Source: an uncultured bacterium
GTDB lineage: Bacteria; Pseudomonadota; Gammaproteobacteria; Burkholderiales; SG8-39
Direction: 5' to 3'
Length of the DNA: 55,647 bases
Assembly: GCA_965233185.1 (NCBI GenBank)
Contig: CBDDSA010000059.1
Location: 1-55,647 of the forward strand
The first letter of the stretch is position 1. Each line of letters begins with the position of its first letter. Shown piece after piece: positions 51,867 through 55,647 of the stretch. Below the pieces are notes generated by a model. The model was not told the DNA's origin, did not search any database, and saw nothing but the letters and a program-made list of their open reading frames with translations. The position numbers and the translations under genes are program-made.

Positions 51867-52826
51867 TCAGTTTGCGGTGATCTTGGCGTCCTTGATGACC
51901 TTGGCCCACTTCGCGTTCTCGGCGCGGATGAAGGCGGCGAACTCGACGGGGGTGTCGGCGGCGACGTAGGACCCGGTCCGGGTCACCTGGTCCTTGATGT
52001 CGGGCGCGTTGAAGGCGCGCACCAGCTCGCGGTGCAGCGCCTGGATGGCCGGCGGCGGCGTGCCGGCGGGCACGAAGATGCCGTTCCAGACGATCGCCTC
52101 CACCCCGGGCATTCCGGCCTCGCGCATGGTCGGCACGCCGGGCAGGACGTCCAGGCGCGCCGGACCCATGATGGCGAGCGCGCGCAGCTTCTCGGCCTTC
52201 ACCGGGGCGATGAGCACTTGCGGCACCACGAACGCGGTGTGCACCTGCCCGCCCATGAGGTCCGGAAGCTCGGCGTTCACTCCTTTGTAGGGCACCTGCA
52301 GGATGTCGGTGCCGGTTTCGGACTTCAGCCATTCGCCCACCAGCTGGCTGATGCTGCCCGGGCCGGCGGAGGCGTACGTCAGGCCGCCGGGCTTCTGCTT
52401 GGCGAGCTGCACGTAGTCGATGACCGTATTGGTCTTGAGCGACGGATGCACCACCATCACGAGCGGCGTCATGGTGAAGCGCGAGACCGGCAGCAGCTCC
52501 TGGTTCAGGCGGCAGCACGGATCGGGCTTGAGCACGTCGGCGATGGCGTTGTTGATGAGCGCTAGCAGCAGGGTGTGGCCGTCGGGCGCCGCGCCCGCCG
52601 CCTCGCGCGCCGCGATCAGCCCCGCGCCGCCGGGGCGGTTTTCCACGATCACCGGCTGGCCGAAGGCCTGCGCGAGCTTGCCGGCGATCTGGCGCGCGCG
52701 GATGTCGGGCGAGCTGCCCGCCGGGCTGGGCACCAGGATGCGCATGCCCTTGGACGGGAAGCTCTGCGCCTGCGCCAGCCCGAACAGCGCGCACTGTAAA
52801 ATTATGAATATCCCGAGCTTTTTCAT
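51867..52826 (-). CDS. Bug/TctC tripartite tricarboxylate transporter substrate-binding protein
   Basis: Signal peptide; VENRPGGAG, APDGHTL, YASAG.GS, VPYKG, LPGVPT; AGGAGG upstream of ATG 52826. Confidence 0.92.
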   Translation of the reverse strand: MKKLGIFIILQCALFGLAQAQSFPSKGMRILVPSPAGSSPDIRARQIAGKLAQAFGQPVIVENRPGGAGLIAAREAAGAAPDGHTLLLALINNAIADVLKPDPCCRLNQELLPVSRFTMTPLVMVVHPSLKTNTVIDYVQLAKQKPGGLTYASAGPGSISQLVGEWLKSETGTDILQVPYKGVNAELPDLMGGQVHTAFVVPQVLIAPVKAEKLRALAIMGPARLDVLPGVPTMREAGMPGVEAIVWNGIFVPAGTPPPAIQALHRELVRAFNAPDIKDQVTRTGSYVAADTPVEFAAFIRAENAKWAKVIKDAKITAN

Positions 52827-52827
52827 G

Positions 52828-54453
<1,626 letters not shown>

Positions 54454-54455
54454 CG

Positions 54456-54797
54456 CTACTTTTTACTGGTCGAGCCCGCGCTCGAGCTCTTGTCGTCGCT
54501 GCTCACCGCGTCCTTGACGGCGTCGGCGGCGCGGCCGATGTCCTTCTTGCCCTTCACCATCAGGTATTCCGCGCGGCTCACCGAGCCGTCGTTGTTGCGG
54601 TCGGCTTCCTTCCACTTCGCCGCGAGGCTCTTGTCCTTGGCCGCCTCGGCGCGCGTCAGCTTGCCGTCGTCGTTGGCGTCCAGGGCGTTGAAGCCGGGCT
54701 CGGGGTCTTTGGCCCGGGCCTGCTTGTCGTCAGCGGCGTACGCGCCGAAGGCCAGCGCGAGCGCGGAGGCTACGAGTAAGGGTTTGGCGAATTTCAT
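54456..54797 (-). CDS. secreted two-EF-hand protein
   Basis: AGGAG RBS; signal peptide; EF loops DANDDGKLTRAE and DRNNDGSVSRAE. Confidence 0.82.
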   Translation of the reverse strand: MKFAKPLLVASALALAFGAYAADDKQARAKDPEPGFNALDANDDGKLTRAEAAKDKSLAAKWKEADRNNDGSVSRAEYLMVKGKKDIGRAADAVKDAVSSDDKSSSAGSTSKK

Positions 54798-54937
54798 TTG
54801 ATCTCTCCTGTGGTATCCGGTTCGTCGGGTCGGGCAGCGATAGTGCGCGCCCGCCGAGCCTGCAGCAATAATCCTGCCCGACCGGCGGCCATGGGCCGTT
54901 CGGCTCATGCCTGGCAAGGGGCTTGCTTTCCTCACCC

Positions 54938-55308
54938 ATGCCCGAACGCATCGTTCCCGTAGCGCAGGAGGAAGCGCACGTCTCCAAGCGCGACGTCGAA
55001 ACCGGCCGCTGCGCCACGACGAGGTCGACATCGAGCATGTCGCGATCAATCCCGTGGTCGAAGCGCCTGCGCCGCCGCGCGAGGAAGGCGACCTGCTGAT
55101 CATTCCGGTCTACGAGGAAGTGGTGACGGTGCACAGGCAGTGGGTCCTCAAAGAGGAGATCCGGCTGCGCCGGCGCGAAGTGCAGACACGGCATCGCGAG
55201 CAGGTCAACTTGCGCCGCGAGCAGGCAACGGTTCAACGCAGCAGTTCCAACCCCGAGGAGAGCAAAGATGGCGAAGACGGTAGTAGGAATGATGGACAAC
55301 CTGGATGA
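54938..55308 (+). pseudogene. DUF2382/YsnF-like gene with internal deletion and frameshift
   Basis: ATG 54938 gives MPERIVPVAQEEAHVSKRDVETGR, then the family continues in another frame (LRHDEVDIEHVAIN..IIPVYEEV..VLKEEI..LRREQATV). Confidence 0.7.
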
Positions 55309-55647
55309 GGCGCAGGCCGTGGTGCGCGACCTCGTATCCTCAGGCATCCGGCGCGAGGACATCGGCTTCATGGCGAACGAGAAGCAGACGGTCCCTTCGT
55401 CGGCGCGCCTGAACGAGTCGGAAGGCGAAGCGAGCGACGCCGCGAGCGGCGCGCTGACCGGCGCGGGCGCCGGCGCCGCGATCGGCGGCCTGGGCGGGTT
55501 GCTGCTCTCGGTGGCGCCGCTTGCCATACCGGGGGTCGGGCCCATCATCGCCGCCGGGCCGATCGCCGCGGCGCTCGCCGGCGCGGGCATCGGCGCGGTT
55601 GCCGGCGGGCTGATCGGCGGCCTTACCCGGCTGGGCGTGCCCGAAGA
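55268..55647 (+). CDS. general stress protein (YflT/17M-like, Gly-rich), truncated by the window end
   Basis: GAGGAG RBS; KTVVGMMD..A..VV.DL..G, GAAIGGLGGLL..IPGVGPIIAAGP..GGLIGGL..LGVPE. Confidence 0.8.
   Translation, partial: MAKTVVGMMDNLDEAQAVVRDLVSSGIRREDIGFMANEKQTVPSSARLNESEGEASDAASGALTGAGAGAAIGGLGGLLLSVAPLAIPGVGPIIAAGPIAAALAGAGIGAVAGGLIGGLTRLGVPE

Noticed and set aside
54456-54797. Lanmodulin-like lanthanide-binding protein
   Set aside because: Only two EF loops, and neither has the Pro at loop position 2 typical of lanmodulin.

Overview
GC-rich, very gene-dense bacterial DNA, most consistent with a Betaproteobacterium (DUF3460, prpD-acnA, Bug/TctC protein; inferred from gene content only). 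The housekeeping and stress flanks hold prpD, acnA, a TonB receptor/PQQ-type dehydrogenase/diheme cytochrome operon, hslR, msrA, panE, dusA, MFS/DMT/ABC transporters, a Ser/Thr kinase, frmA and glnS. Between them is a ~24 kb accessory block (14347-38032) of almost entirely exported or membrane proteins: three tandem LVIVD-type beta-propeller paralogs plus the vestigial tail of a fourth, a Cys-free cupredoxin with a polytopic membrane partner, four FG-GAP/ASPIC-UnbV (CRTAC1-like) proteins, TPR proteins, a membrane-anchored pentaheme cytochrome c, a nitrilase-family hydrolase and a Zn-phospholipase-C-like secreted protein. This block is the best candidate for an undescribed cell-envelope redox/catabolic system. 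Also seen: a recurring TANNNT-N6/7-ATG (leaderless-type) promoter pattern at very short divergent gaps, three deletion-collapsed genes, and REP-like palindromes bracketing frmA. No rRNA, tRNA, CRISPR array, integrase or transposase was found. Family calls come from motif recognition by eye, not database searches.
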